From Candidatus Omnitrophota bacterium (GTDB lineage Bacteria > Omnitrophota > Omnitrophia > Omnitrophales > Aquincolibacteriaceae), in the NCBI GenBank assembly GCA_022709525.1, contig JAKLIQ010000002.1, positions 984 to 64,983 of the forward strand: a stretch of DNA of 64,000 bases, written 5' to 3'. The translations under genes and the position numbers were made by a program. Below, piece by piece: positions 9,201-17,051 of the stretch (within the stretch, counting starts at the first letter, position 1; every line of letters starts with the position of its first letter). A model generated the notes under the pieces. It saw nothing but the letters and a program-made list of their open reading frames with translations. It was not told the DNA's origin and made no database searches.

Positions 9201-12200
9201 ACCCCGCTCTTGCAAACGACCTATGGCTGTCGCTATCTGTTGTCTTAGCTCCGCGTCAGAAATATATTCGCCTTTTTTACCCGGGAAGAAGTGAGCTGCT
9301 CCGATCCTTTCCCCGTCTTCTGTTTGGATAAGAACGAACACGCATTGCCCTCCCTGCAAAGCGCCGGATTGAAAAAGCTCTTTTTCAAAAACTCGCATCC
9401 TGTTTTCGCGTACCAAGGTCGGCAGATTTCTTTCAATCGCCTGACCGCTGCGAATATCATACATGGGATTATTTGCATAGCCGTCATCTCGGCGCTTTCC
9501 GGTAACGAGTTCGTATGCCAAGTCTTTGAGGGGCTCGATCCCTGTCGTTTTCTGATACCGAAACGCGGCAAAAATATCGAGCATCATCATTCCGAGAACC
9601 GCAAAAACAGCAACCCACCCCATTCTTGCGATCGCTTCTTTTCCTGATATCCGCAGTTCAGAGCGAAATTCCTGGCGCGAAACTCCGGATTCGGGCTTCG
9701 ACTCTCCGGACTTCAAAAATTGCGACCGCTTGCCTTTTAATTCTGGAAAAATTCTTTCAAGGTAGGGCCACGGATCACCAGGAGGAAAAACATAGAGATC
9801 ATAGTCGACGGAGGTGATCGGGGTGCCCGGAGGATACTCGCTTCGAAGGTCTGCTGGGCTAATACCGCCGCCCAAGCTGTCCGCGTCAGGATCGCCATCA
9901 AGGTCCAAATAAACATTTGCTACGTTCTTTCCTCGCGGCACTAACCAAAAAGTCGGAACATCCCGAGCGCGACCTTCGTTGACAAAACCAATCCCGTAGC
10001 GACCCAGCTTATAAGGCGTTTCGGACAAGAGCCCGCTTACGGTTTCAAGTGGTATCTCTTCCCATAGGCCGTCTTCGGTATTGATAATGATCTTATCGGT
10101 ATCATAAATTCCTGCACCAGGCCCGCCGGGACGGACAAACATGGAACTCGGCTGCCATGTTTTTAATGCTTCGCCAAGCCGAATACGGTCTGGGTCAAAC
10201 TTTGCTCCTGAAAAACCAATCCTTGGTGAAGCGGCCCGAACATTATATTTCACATTTATTTTTAAATAATCAAAACGTCCTTCCTTGTCTTTTTTGGATG
10301 GGCTAATGGTCGCTACAAAGCCATCCGTCTGGATCATGCCGTTGTCGTCAATAAAATCACCGGTCACAACAACGCTTCCCTGAAAACCGCGTCTGAATTT
10401 AAGGTTGTCGATCCTCCCTTTATGGTGATAATTGCCATCGCCATCCCAGTATCCCGGAAACGGAATAAAACTCATGCCCCATTCGACCAAGATCGTCTCG
10501 GTCCTTCCGTCTGGCGTCTTGACGGTCACGGGCATGAGCGTTGCGCGCCAGTAATCTGGCTTGATCGAAATAGATTGGAAATAGTCCATAAGCACTTGGA
10601 AATAAATTTGTACTTCCGAGGCCTCGCCGGCCTTTCCCAAATTCATCATAATGGGAGTACCGTCGGTATCGTCGGCGAGTTTAACAAGAGCGCCATCCTT
10701 ATGATACACTTGGCGTTCTTGAGCCATGCTTGGAGTGGGCAAAGCAACAGCGGCGCCCAGCATGACGCCCGCCAAAAGACTAATTAAATTTTTTCGAGAG
10801 AAAAATCCTCCGCGCGAAATCGGGCTTAGTCTTTCCCCTTGCCTAGCGACGGGCAGGCGCACTTCCGCACGGGATTTTTGATCGGCTTCGGCATTGAGGC
10901 GTATCGCCTCTTCGACGGCGCTTGGAGGTAATTGACCCGGATAGGCGTTGATCATGCCGGAGGAGGTCACTCCAAACACAACCACGCCATTTCCGTCTTC
11001 CCCATATCGTTCTGCATGATCAACAATATCGGGAACTCCTCCATAATAATCGGGAGCATCGGGATCCAGCGAACTTGTGTTATAGCGTGTTACGCTATTT
11101 GTATTTCGATCATAAACAAAAAACGCGTCGCCAAAAAATTCGGCGGTTTCAATCCGGGTTACATTTTCTTCGGCGACCCCATAATCAAACTCCTGCTGGA
11201 AATGGGTCGCATGAACCAATTCATGCAAAATGGTCCGGATAAATATTTCCCATGCTTCCGCCCGATCGCTCATGACCCAATCCATCGCGCCTTGATCAAC
11301 CGTTACGATTTGTCCGCCCTGGACGGCATCCCCGCCTGCTCCGCCCTCATCAGGTCTACCCTCCATCTTTGGACTTATAAAAAAATGATCCTTCCAGTTC
11401 TCGCCAAAAAGTAGGGTCTTTAATTCAGGATTCCTCCCATCGCTCGCCAAGGCCTGAAGCTCTTGCCATGCGGCTTCTATGATTCTCCATTCAGCTTCTG
11501 AGGGTTGACGATATCCCTGCGGCACTTTTACTGGCGATTTAGACCAGCCAACATTGCTTTGGGTTGTCTCACACCCTGCCCCTAAAAATCCTACGGCGGC
11601 TCCTGCCGAGGCTAAACCGACTATTTTCAAAAAGGCGCGACGGGATATTTTCTTGGAGCTAAGACCTGCGGCAATAACAGCGGCAAGACCGGCAGCCACC
11701 AAACCTCCCCGTGACGGCCCTACGCGCTTTTGATCCCGCGCAAGAAAACCCCCAAGTGCGGGAACTGCTTCGTAAAGATTTTCACCAGCCCTAATCTCCG
11801 CTCTGAATGGAAAATCGAACCGATCTAAGCCCTCACGATCTTTCCAACCAAATGCGGCAAAATCAACTTTGACACCACCCGCTTTGGCCTTGAGAAGAAA
11901 CTCATCGCGCGGAAGTTTTTGACCGGGAAAACCATTTGCAAAAGATTTCTGCATATTTTCAACATACAAGTTCTCGTGGATATATAAAACGCTTGCCGGT
12001 TTGTATTGATCTAAAAGATTGGAGAGTAACGCATAAACAGGACTTGAAACGTCTCCGGCATACAAATGATGTAATCCGGTTTCTTCCAATCCTATCATCA
12101 AATGGTTGCTCCCGGTCCTACGCTGACGATCTTCAACGAACTCCTCAAGCGAACCATAACCTAAATATTTAGCAACTCCCACGGTTCGTCGAAGTTGAAC

Positions 12201-14708
12201 TTTTAAAGTTTCTTGGACTGCCAGGTCTGTTTTTTTATCTTTGAAAATCTCTCCTGCGCGCACTTTTTCAGCGGTCAATTTAAGCACCGTTGAGGAAACA
12301 TAACGGACTTGCTGGTTTGCTTCTAGCGCAGGAAGCGCGCCCCAAATATGCTGCGCAGCGCCCTCGACAATAATGAGCGCGGGACCCGGATTAGCCCGAA
12401 GATGAGCGCTTACAGCACTTTCGATTTCAGCCCAACTTGTAATATCCCGTGAAATCGCGTTGGAGGGCTGGTTAGCCAAGGCCTCTTTGTAAGCTTCTTC
12501 GACTACTGGATCTTGCAGATCAAAAAGAGGCATTAAATCACTCAAAAACCCTTCTGCGCCTAATTGGCTTGTCAAATATTCCGCCCTTCTGTCCACGCTT
12601 GTTTTCTCCGAAGATTCATCACGAACCTTGGGCAACTCGGAAACCGGTTTTTCGATTGCTGGTGCAACAATGAGTGGCGCTACAACAGAAATCGCCCCTG
12701 TTGGCGCATAACCGAGGGGTATGCTTCTTGCTCCCGGCTCTAAGGGGCGCTGCGGAGGAATCATTGAAGGTTTGGCTTTGGAAACGTTATCTAAAAGCGC
12801 GGAGACGGTTTGGAGATTTAGTTCCTTTTTCGAAACCAACTCCCGGAGTCCCGTTCCGAATTCCTGGAGCTGCGCCTCGAAACGTTTCCAGATCCCGGCC
12901 AAGGATTCGTCGCGGAAGCGTTCGAGCTCTTTCTGGATCGCGGCGATGATCTCTTCTTTGCTTCTCTTCAACGGCGCTTGACCAAAACGTATTTGCGCGG
13001 GCAAAGCTAGGGCGTCGATATAACGGGTGTACTGCCCCACGTCGGCGATGGTTCCCTTTGCCGCAGCGTTGCGGATCAGTTGATCGCGCCAGGATTTTAG
13101 ATTTCTGTCGAGCCCGGCCAGAGGCAACTCCATCAAGAGTTTTTGCATCGCGGCGCGGGCGAACGCGTCATAAAGCGTCGCATTGGGCGACGGCTTATAC
13201 GAAACATCCCCTTTCATCACGCGCGCATAATTTTCGTAGCCCGTCAATGAATGGATCCGGGGCGTTATCACTAAATGCGAAACGCCGTTGGCCCGGAGGA
13301 TCTTTTTAAGCCCTTCCGTGTGGAAACCTCCGGCGACCATGACCGCGGTCTTCTGTCCCTCCTTGTTCATGAGAGAGGTGAGCCGGTCAAAAAATGCCCG
13401 GTCGCGGGCAAGCGCATGCTCATAAAACTCTAAAGCCGGTTTGACCTTCTCGCGAAAATCCCGATCGCCTAACAGCCCGGCGAAGCTCTCGGGATCCTCC
13501 TGATAGGCCTGGAGCTCCTGATGGGTCAGTTCCAACTTAACGAGATCTTCCAGGATGAAGAGGCGCTCATATTTTTTCGCCAGCTCCCGCTCTTCCGGCT
13601 TTTCTGCCAACGCGGCCATGCTCTCCGGAAGGTATTTCTGCAGTTCATCGAAAAGGCGGCTTCCCTTGATCTCGGAAAGCGTTTCCGTATGCCCGAGCAG
13701 TTTCCGCATCTGCGGGGTTAATTTCGGCCGGAACCCTTTCGATTCGCCGATCCGCACCATGTAAAGCAGGAATTGTCCGGCGCTTAATTTCCCCGTCGAG
13801 AACGCCTGATATTTTCCGTAGAAATTCATTTCCTCTTTGACGCCGAACTGGCGGACATACTTCATTTTGAATTCATTCGCCATCTCGCGGATCATGGGCT
13901 CGAGGGCTTTCTCTTTGCCGGAACGGTCATAGCCGACCGAACTCATAACCTTCGAAAGCTCGGCATAGCGGGACGATTTGGAAGGCCTCAACCCAAGCGC
14001 GTTCAAAGCGAGGAAAAGCTCCAGAACGGAGATGCGCTCGCTGCGGAAACCCTGCCACGCTTCCTGGAAATCGTTCAGCTTCTGCGAATAAACCGATCTG
14101 CGTTCACGATCGAGCTTCTCCTTAAACGATGCGAGACTCTTAAGCAAATCGTCCTTAACCGCCTGGACCTGCAAGTAAGCGCGGTAGTTCCGCTCATAGA
14201 GGTCCCAATTCTCGATACCGTAAAAATTATTTTCTTTTTCGCCGAGGATCGCGGCCATCTCGGGCCCTGTCAACTCAGCCTGTTCCAGATAACCCGTCAT
14301 GACCTTTTGCATGACCTTTGCGTCAGGGAACGCGCGGTAAAGCGTCGGGTCCAGCTTCTCCTTGCCGCCTTCCAAAGCAACGAGACGAACGCCCTGCTCC
14401 TTCTGGAGATATTCGATCAGCCGCTGAATGTTTTCCTGCGCGTCATTGACCGCGTGGGCGTCCTGAATGAGAATGACCGTCTTGTCGCTCGCCGGATCCC
14501 GGAACCTCGCCTGGATCTCGCCGAGAGTGTTCGGTATCGCGATTGCCGCGGTTTGCGACGCGGTCGCCGCAACGGATTGCGCAGCGCCCATATCCCCGCC
14601 GCTGGCAGGGACAGACCACGCGCAGTTCGTTGTCGCGAACACAAACGCGACCACGGCAGCGACTATTCGTCTCCCTTTGTTTTTTTGATACATAGTTTCC
14701 GTGTTCAT
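6264..14708 (-). CDS. Giant secreted or membrane-anchored multidomain protein of about 2815 aa. Paralog of the 8256-aa protein in its N-terminal domain. Contains an HExxH metalloprotease-like motif and internal signal-peptide-like segments.
   Basis: Uninterrupted 8.4 kb ORF. After a short leader, the N-terminus MNTETMYQKNKGRRIVAAVVAFVFATTNCAWSV is a signal peptide or TM anchor. The region around 13050-14600 encodes a domain with ...ILIQDAHAVNDAQENIQRLIEYL...VMVAGGFHTEGLKKILRANGVSHLVITPRI. This is clearly homologous to the N-terminus of the 31421..56191 protein (...VLHVQDAHINEEAQRNIANILRYF...IVTGGFHTPGIEKYLREKDISYIVVAPRI). ILHELVHATHF lies at about 11215-11240. Confidence 0.85.
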   Translation of the reverse strand: MNTETMYQKNKGRRIVAAVVAFVFATTNCAWSVPASGGDMGAAQSVAATASQTAAIAIPNTLGEIQARFRDPASDKTVILIQDAHAVNDAQENIQRLIEYLQKEQGVRLVALEGGKEKLDPTLYRAFPDAKVMQKVMTGYLEQAELTGPEMAAILGEKENNFYGIENWDLYERNYRAYLQVQAVKDDLLKSLASFKEKLDRERRSVYSQKLNDFQEAWQGFRSERISVLELFLALNALGLRPSKSSRYAELSKVMSSVGYDRSGKEKALEPMIREMANEFKMKYVRQFGVKEEMNFYGKYQAFSTGKLSAGQFLLYMVRIGESKGFRPKLTPQMRKLLGHTETLSEIKGSRLFDELQKYLPESMAALAEKPEERELAKKYERLFILEDLVKLELTHQELQAYQEDPESFAGLLGDRDFREKVKPALEFYEHALARDRAFFDRLTSLMNKEGQKTAVMVAGGFHTEGLKKILRANGVSHLVITPRIHSLTGYENYARVMKGDVSYKPSPNATLYDAFARAAMQKLLMELPLAGLDRNLKSWRDQLIRNAAAKGTIADVGQYTRYIDALALPAQIRFGQAPLKRSKEEIIAAIQKELERFRDESLAGIWKRFEAQLQEFGTGLRELVSKKELNLQTVSALLDNVSKAKPSMIPPQRPLEPGARSIPLGYAPTGAISVVAPLIVAPAIEKPVSELPKVRDESSEKTSVDRRAEYLTSQLGAEGFLSDLMPLFDLQDPVVEEAYKEALANQPSNAISRDITSWAEIESAVSAHLRANPGPALIIVEGAAQHIWGALPALEANQQVRYVSSTVLKLTAEKVRAGEIFKDKKTDLAVQETLKVQLRRTVGVAKYLGYGSLEEFVEDRQRRTGSNHLMIGLEETGLHHLYAGDVSSPVYALLSNLLDQYKPASVLYIHENLYVENMQKSFANGFPGQKLPRDEFLLKAKAGGVKVDFAAFGWKDREGLDRFDFPFRAEIRAGENLYEAVPALGGFLARDQKRVGPSRGGLVAAGLAAVIAAGLSSKKISRRAFLKIVGLASAGAAVGFLGAGCETTQSNVGWSKSPVKVPQGYRQPSEAEWRIIEAAWQELQALASDGRNPELKTLLFGENWKDHFFISPKMEGRPDEGGAGGDAVQGGQIVTVDQGAMDWVMSDRAEAWEIFIRTILHELVHATHFQQEFDYGVAEENVTRIETAEFFGDAFFVYDRNTNSVTRYNTSSLDPDAPDYYGGVPDIVDHAERYGEDGNGVVVFGVTSSGMINAYPGQLPPSAVEEAIRLNAEADQKSRAEVRLPVARQGERLSPISRGGFFSRKNLISLLAGVMLGAAVALPTPSMAQERQVYHKDGALVKLADDTDGTPIMMNLGKAGEASEVQIYFQVLMDYFQSISIKPDYWRATLMPVTVKTPDGRTETILVEWGMSFIPFPGYWDGDGNYHHKGRIDNLKFRRGFQGSVVVTGDFIDDNGMIQTDGFVATISPSKKDKEGRFDYLKINVKYNVRAASPRIGFSGAKFDPDRIRLGEALKTWQPSSMFVRPGGPGAGIYDTDKIIINTEDGLWEEIPLETVSGLLSETPYKLGRYGIGFVNEGRARDVPTFWLVPRGKNVANVYLDLDGDPDADSLGGGISPADLRSEYPPGTPITSVDYDLYVFPPGDPWPYLERIFPELKGKRSQFLKSGESKPESGVSRQEFRSELRISGKEAIARMGWVAVFAVLGMMMLDIFAAFRYQKTTGIEPLKDLAYELVTGKRRDDGYANNPMYDIRSGQAIERNLPTLVRENRMRVFEKELFQSGALQGGQCVFVLIQTEDGERIGAAHFFPGKKGEYISDAELRQQIATAIGRLQERGIGEGSVFHVFMNGASEEPDFSDAIISGFSKQYKQGEIISDVTSGYGINLIVSSPERDGLRKLTIRSGDFAAEDLLGEGEIDTKGRITIRRTDRPKTRAETRAAEERYFKEESLSWLGDKLFSGMSAEDAPEILKNYIQPGVKKRNVLLNIQYGRDLRVAVSPVRPLGFLTASHSDLARKAQMGEWNRGYVSATLDFGYKKALIIPDNARTVSISEKREQTIVTAKLLRDILEKTGENPELWDLTVADLLRILGISDPTQITLPNVAGLDLESFEKPAAIERGVLESKEGVRVRAEMRMKWRERFEKVIQNIPRNAREYKPYGKSPGWAEVGKKVEFDSMYYEVLQRLTKYDGSSLIVLAMQMRQGSDQIPEKLVAIKVYPTQSELDAADEMIGKNQKEIPHLVMSNIAADDQRDAENVYPLLISDWTSPIAVSNYRDSDFLDEFQLIPFEGLEDRYGVPPKSAFTIMDFFLRAPEEPGAEKTSYAFYSLEFLLQAFRSIREGEILGFYFEDSFVHNFWCSSERENGIPVFRRGDLDGGVSVKDPRAKQILWDRFFDESDWRRPGIVPFFLKYRAFLDERVVNFLETARSSYPDPERLPNDFVVKMVEGLEMIRNDATKTLAGESAFNQAFKRAEVRTVVSPDNSFTLLTGSDSAQILAALGRNPSDAEVKNVLAQLKRSGERGFSNLAPLFNLAIAEFVEILNNLPNADAVILGIPDAWAAFETGLGDKARLVNTAAEFSRLNTIIAGELTTAPVAITAEAELTQYDRAKLNALVKQLVAANAELLSKMKGVPINILMDHTPGTSSDILGIIESLEELRQLVVFYDGKEKENVPGRGYHKVTNRFTPLNYSGKDVNRLASNKITADSRELWFGITSKDIGFSELGVLLCNSNLDHFKLADPAARQVVKLIVQHMLYKYMILSRSAQQAIAKNPELLKTYLEDMPGSSFLKRNSKSGWSVAVEEFNNAFQAKESIETAA

Positions 14709-14890
14709 AATGTCTTCTTTTTTAAGTCGTAAAATCTTTACACAGCCTCCTTCTCTGCATTCCGCAACCCTTTGCAACAACACTCGTTGCCTCTAGAAAT
14801 ATTTGATTTTTCCTCCAATACAAAAGTAGCATGATAGAGAAGATATTACAAGATATTGAAAAGATTTATATATTATTCAGAGGTTATAAT

Positions 14891-14932
14891 AAGCTATAAT
14901 TAGCTATATTTGCTATATATTGCTATGTTAGC
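14891..14932. promoter_or_regulatory. AT-rich upstream region of the 2815-aa gene, containing four tandem ~10 bp units (aagctataat / tagctatatt / tgctatatat / tgctatgtta)
   Basis: Read directly. The units are phased at the DNA helical repeat, inside a <30% GC stretch (14784-14940) immediately 5' of the giant-paralog start at 14708. Confidence 0.4.
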
Positions 14933-14944
14933 AGAGGGCATAAA

Positions 14945-15231
14945 TTGCAGAATTTCCCGCGACCCTGAAGCGCGCTCCCGCGCCCGAGCGGGCATGGAGA
15001 TTAAGACAGGGCTTGCGATTCCGGCACCGGCGGTTCGTCATTCCTGCGATAACGACCGCCTGCGCTCTCGTCCCGCAGATTCCTCCTCTTGAGGAAACCA
15101 AGCTCTGCGGGACTCCGAGAGCTGCCTTCACGCAAGCCCTGTCTTATCGAGCGAGGGCAAGGGTGCGAGTGAGTCCCGCCTCGCCGGCGGCGGGACGAAC
15201 GGCGAGGAAGGAGCGGCGGGAAATTCTGCAA
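14945..15231. repeat. MITE-like ~287 bp palindromic element, copy 1, with 16 bp perfect terminal inverted repeats (ttgcagaatttcccgc ... gcgggaaattctgcaa)
   Basis: The whole element is a long imperfect hairpin (e.g. agacagggcttgcg ... cgcaagccctgtct). It shares ends and internal blocks (agcgcgctcccg, ggcaccggcggttc, gagtcccgcctcgc.ggcggcgggacgaa) with the second copy at 18709..18994. No ORF inside is credible. Confidence 0.65.
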
Positions 15232-15301
15232 TTCTTCCAAAAATTGAAAATGACGGTTACGTTCTTGCATTCGGAGATGGCTTTGTTTAATATTCATACC
15301 A

Positions 15302-15697
15302 ATGAGTCAAGAAAAGATCCGCCTTCTTCAATTCATGATCTGCAAAGACTTTGAGCCGGGAGAGCAAGACGCCTATCAAGCAGGCATGGTCCGCAGCAAC
15401 CTGCATGTCCCCGCCTACCCCTACCGTTTCGACAACCTTTATGCCGTCACCTGCTGGCGGAAAGATAAAATGTTCCACAAGGAAGTGATCGAATATTCCA
15501 CGGAGGATGGGCGCATTTTCAAAACAGCGCCCATGGATATCGAACCCGTGACCTCAAGCGTTCTTTTCCGGTGGCACAAACATGCCTTTCCGCCGGATTT
15601 TGAGATCAAGGAAGACGGGCTGCTCCATTTGCGGGTGATCCTGGATTGGAAAGTTAATTTTGAATCATACCTTATGATCGAGAAAAGGGCGGGGTAA
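15302..15697 (+). CDS. Hypothetical protein (131 aa)
   Basis: One of only two plus-strand ORFs not antisense to a strong gene. It sits 3 nt before the downstream permease gene, forming an operon. No recognisable motif and a weak RBS. Confidence 0.45.
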   Translation: MSQEKIRLLQFMICKDFEPGEQDAYQAGMVRSNLHVPAYPYRFDNLYAVTCWRKDKMFHKEVIEYSTEDGRIFKTAPMDIEPVTSSVLFRWHKHAFPPDFEIKEDGLLHLRVILDWKVNFESYLMIEKRAG

Positions 15698-15700
15698 CGT

Positions 15701-16939
15701 ATGCATCACGAATGGCTGCCGGCGCTTTGGACCACGCTCCCGTTCCTCGGGCTTCTTGTTTCGATCGCGGTCTTCCCGCTCGCTGCCGCAAAATTCTGGC
15801 ATTCGCTCAAAAACCAGGCTTTCGTGGCGGCATTCTTCGCGTTCCCGGTCATCTACCTCTGCCTGGTCTATAATCCCCATCTTCTTTTTTCGGGGCTTGA
15901 ACACTACCTGTCCTTTGTCATCCTTCTAGGATCCCTTTTTATCGTTTCCGGCGGGATCTGCATTACCGGCGACCTGGTCAGCACGCCTTTGGCGAATACG
16001 CTCATGCTTGCCGGGGGCGCGGTGCTCGCGAACTTTATCGGAACCACCGGCGCCAGCATGGTCTTGATCCGACCGCTTCTTCACGCCAATCATTACCGGA
16101 AACACCATATCCATATTCCGATTTTTTTTATCATGCTGGTAAGCAATATCGGCGGCCTGCTGACGCCGCTCGGCGATCCGCCGCTTTTTCTGGGGTTCCT
16201 GCTCGGCGTGCCGTTCTTCTGGACGCTGAAACTTTATCCATTCTGGCTTTTCGCGGGATGCGTGATCCTTGCTTTATTCTTTTTGATCGATCGCCGGGCA
16301 TTTGACCATGAAACAAAACGCCTGCAGCGCGAGGCGCGCTCCGATGAGCCGGTCCGGATCCGCGGGCTTCAAAATCTCGGGTGCCTTATCGCGATCATTG
16401 CCGCGACCATCTGGGCGCCTCAACCCTGGCGGGAGATCGTGATGGTCCTTGCCGCGCTCATTTCTCTTAAGATCACGCCCAAAAGCGTCCATGAGGCGAA
16501 TGGGTTTAATTTTTATCCGATCCTGGAAGTCGCGATCCTTTTCCTCGGGATCTTCATTACGATGGAACCGGCGCTCGAGATCCTCTATCTGCGCGGGCAG
16601 GAGCTGGGCGTGACGCAACCCTGGCAGTTTTTTTGGGTCACGGGGGCTTTTTCGTCTTTTCTGGATAACGCGCCGACTTACCTGACTTTTATCGCGCTCG
16701 CCCAGGGACTAAAATCAATGGGGCCTCATCTCAAGATCCCCGAGCTCCTCTTGACGGCGATCAGCGTGGGGGCGGTTTTTTTCGGGGCGATGACCTACAT
16801 CGGGAACGCGCCTAATTTCATGGTCCGCTCGATCGCGCAGCACCGCGGCTGGAAGATGCCGAGCTTTTTCGGCTACATGCTATGGTCGGCGGGGATCCTG
16901 ATCCCGCTATTCCTGGTGATAACGTTCGTGTTCTTTTAG
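15701..16939 (+). CDS. Integral membrane permease, ArsB/NhaD (CitMHS) superfamily-like. Putative Na+/H+ antiporter.
   Basis: 412 aa with about 11-12 predicted TM helices throughout (e.g. LPFLGLLVSIAVFPLAAA, FVAAFFAFPVIYLCLV, GALGGVSMF-type hydrophobic segments). The shine-dalgarno-like aagggcgggg lies upstream. Family assignment is from overall topology and composition only. Confidence 0.6.
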   Translation: MHHEWLPALWTTLPFLGLLVSIAVFPLAAAKFWHSLKNQAFVAAFFAFPVIYLCLVYNPHLLFSGLEHYLSFVILLGSLFIVSGGICITGDLVSTPLANTLMLAGGAVLANFIGTTGASMVLIRPLLHANHYRKHHIHIPIFFIMLVSNIGGLLTPLGDPPLFLGFLLGVPFFWTLKLYPFWLFAGCVILALFFLIDRRAFDHETKRLQREARSDEPVRIRGLQNLGCLIAIIAATIWAPQPWREIVMVLAALISLKITPKSVHEANGFNFYPILEVAILFLGIFITMEPALEILYLRGQELGVTQPWQFFWVTGAFSSFLDNAPTYLTFIALAQGLKSMGPHLKIPELLLTAISVGAVFFGAMTYIGNAPNFMVRSIAQHRGWKMPSFFGYMLWSAGILIPLFLVITFVFF

Positions 16940-16955
16940 GGATAAGAGAGAGAAA

Positions 16956-17051
16956 TTACTTTTTCCGGAGAACGACGGTAAACGACGCGATCATCAGGAA
17001 GAGAATAAAACTCCAGCTTACGATAAGAAAGATCCAACCCGAAGATGTCAT
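16956..17051 (-). CDS. Small single-TM protein (31 aa, MTSSGWIFLIVSWSFILFLMIASFTVVLRKK). Looks like a MetS-like accessory subunit of the NSS transporter.
   Basis: Its ATG overlaps the TGA of the upstream transporter gene, in an ATGA arrangement at 17048-17051. One hydrophobic helix followed by a basic tail. The pattern resembles the MetP/MetS pairing of NSS transporters with a downstream micro-protein. Confidence 0.55.
   Translation of the reverse strand: MTSSGWIFLIVSWSFILFLMIASFTVVLRKK

Noticed and set aside
15013-15354. ORFs of 60-113 aa inside the MITE-like elements (also 18762..19256, 18668..19030)
   Set aside because: They lie within hairpin-forming repeat DNA, overlap on both strands, and have no RBS.
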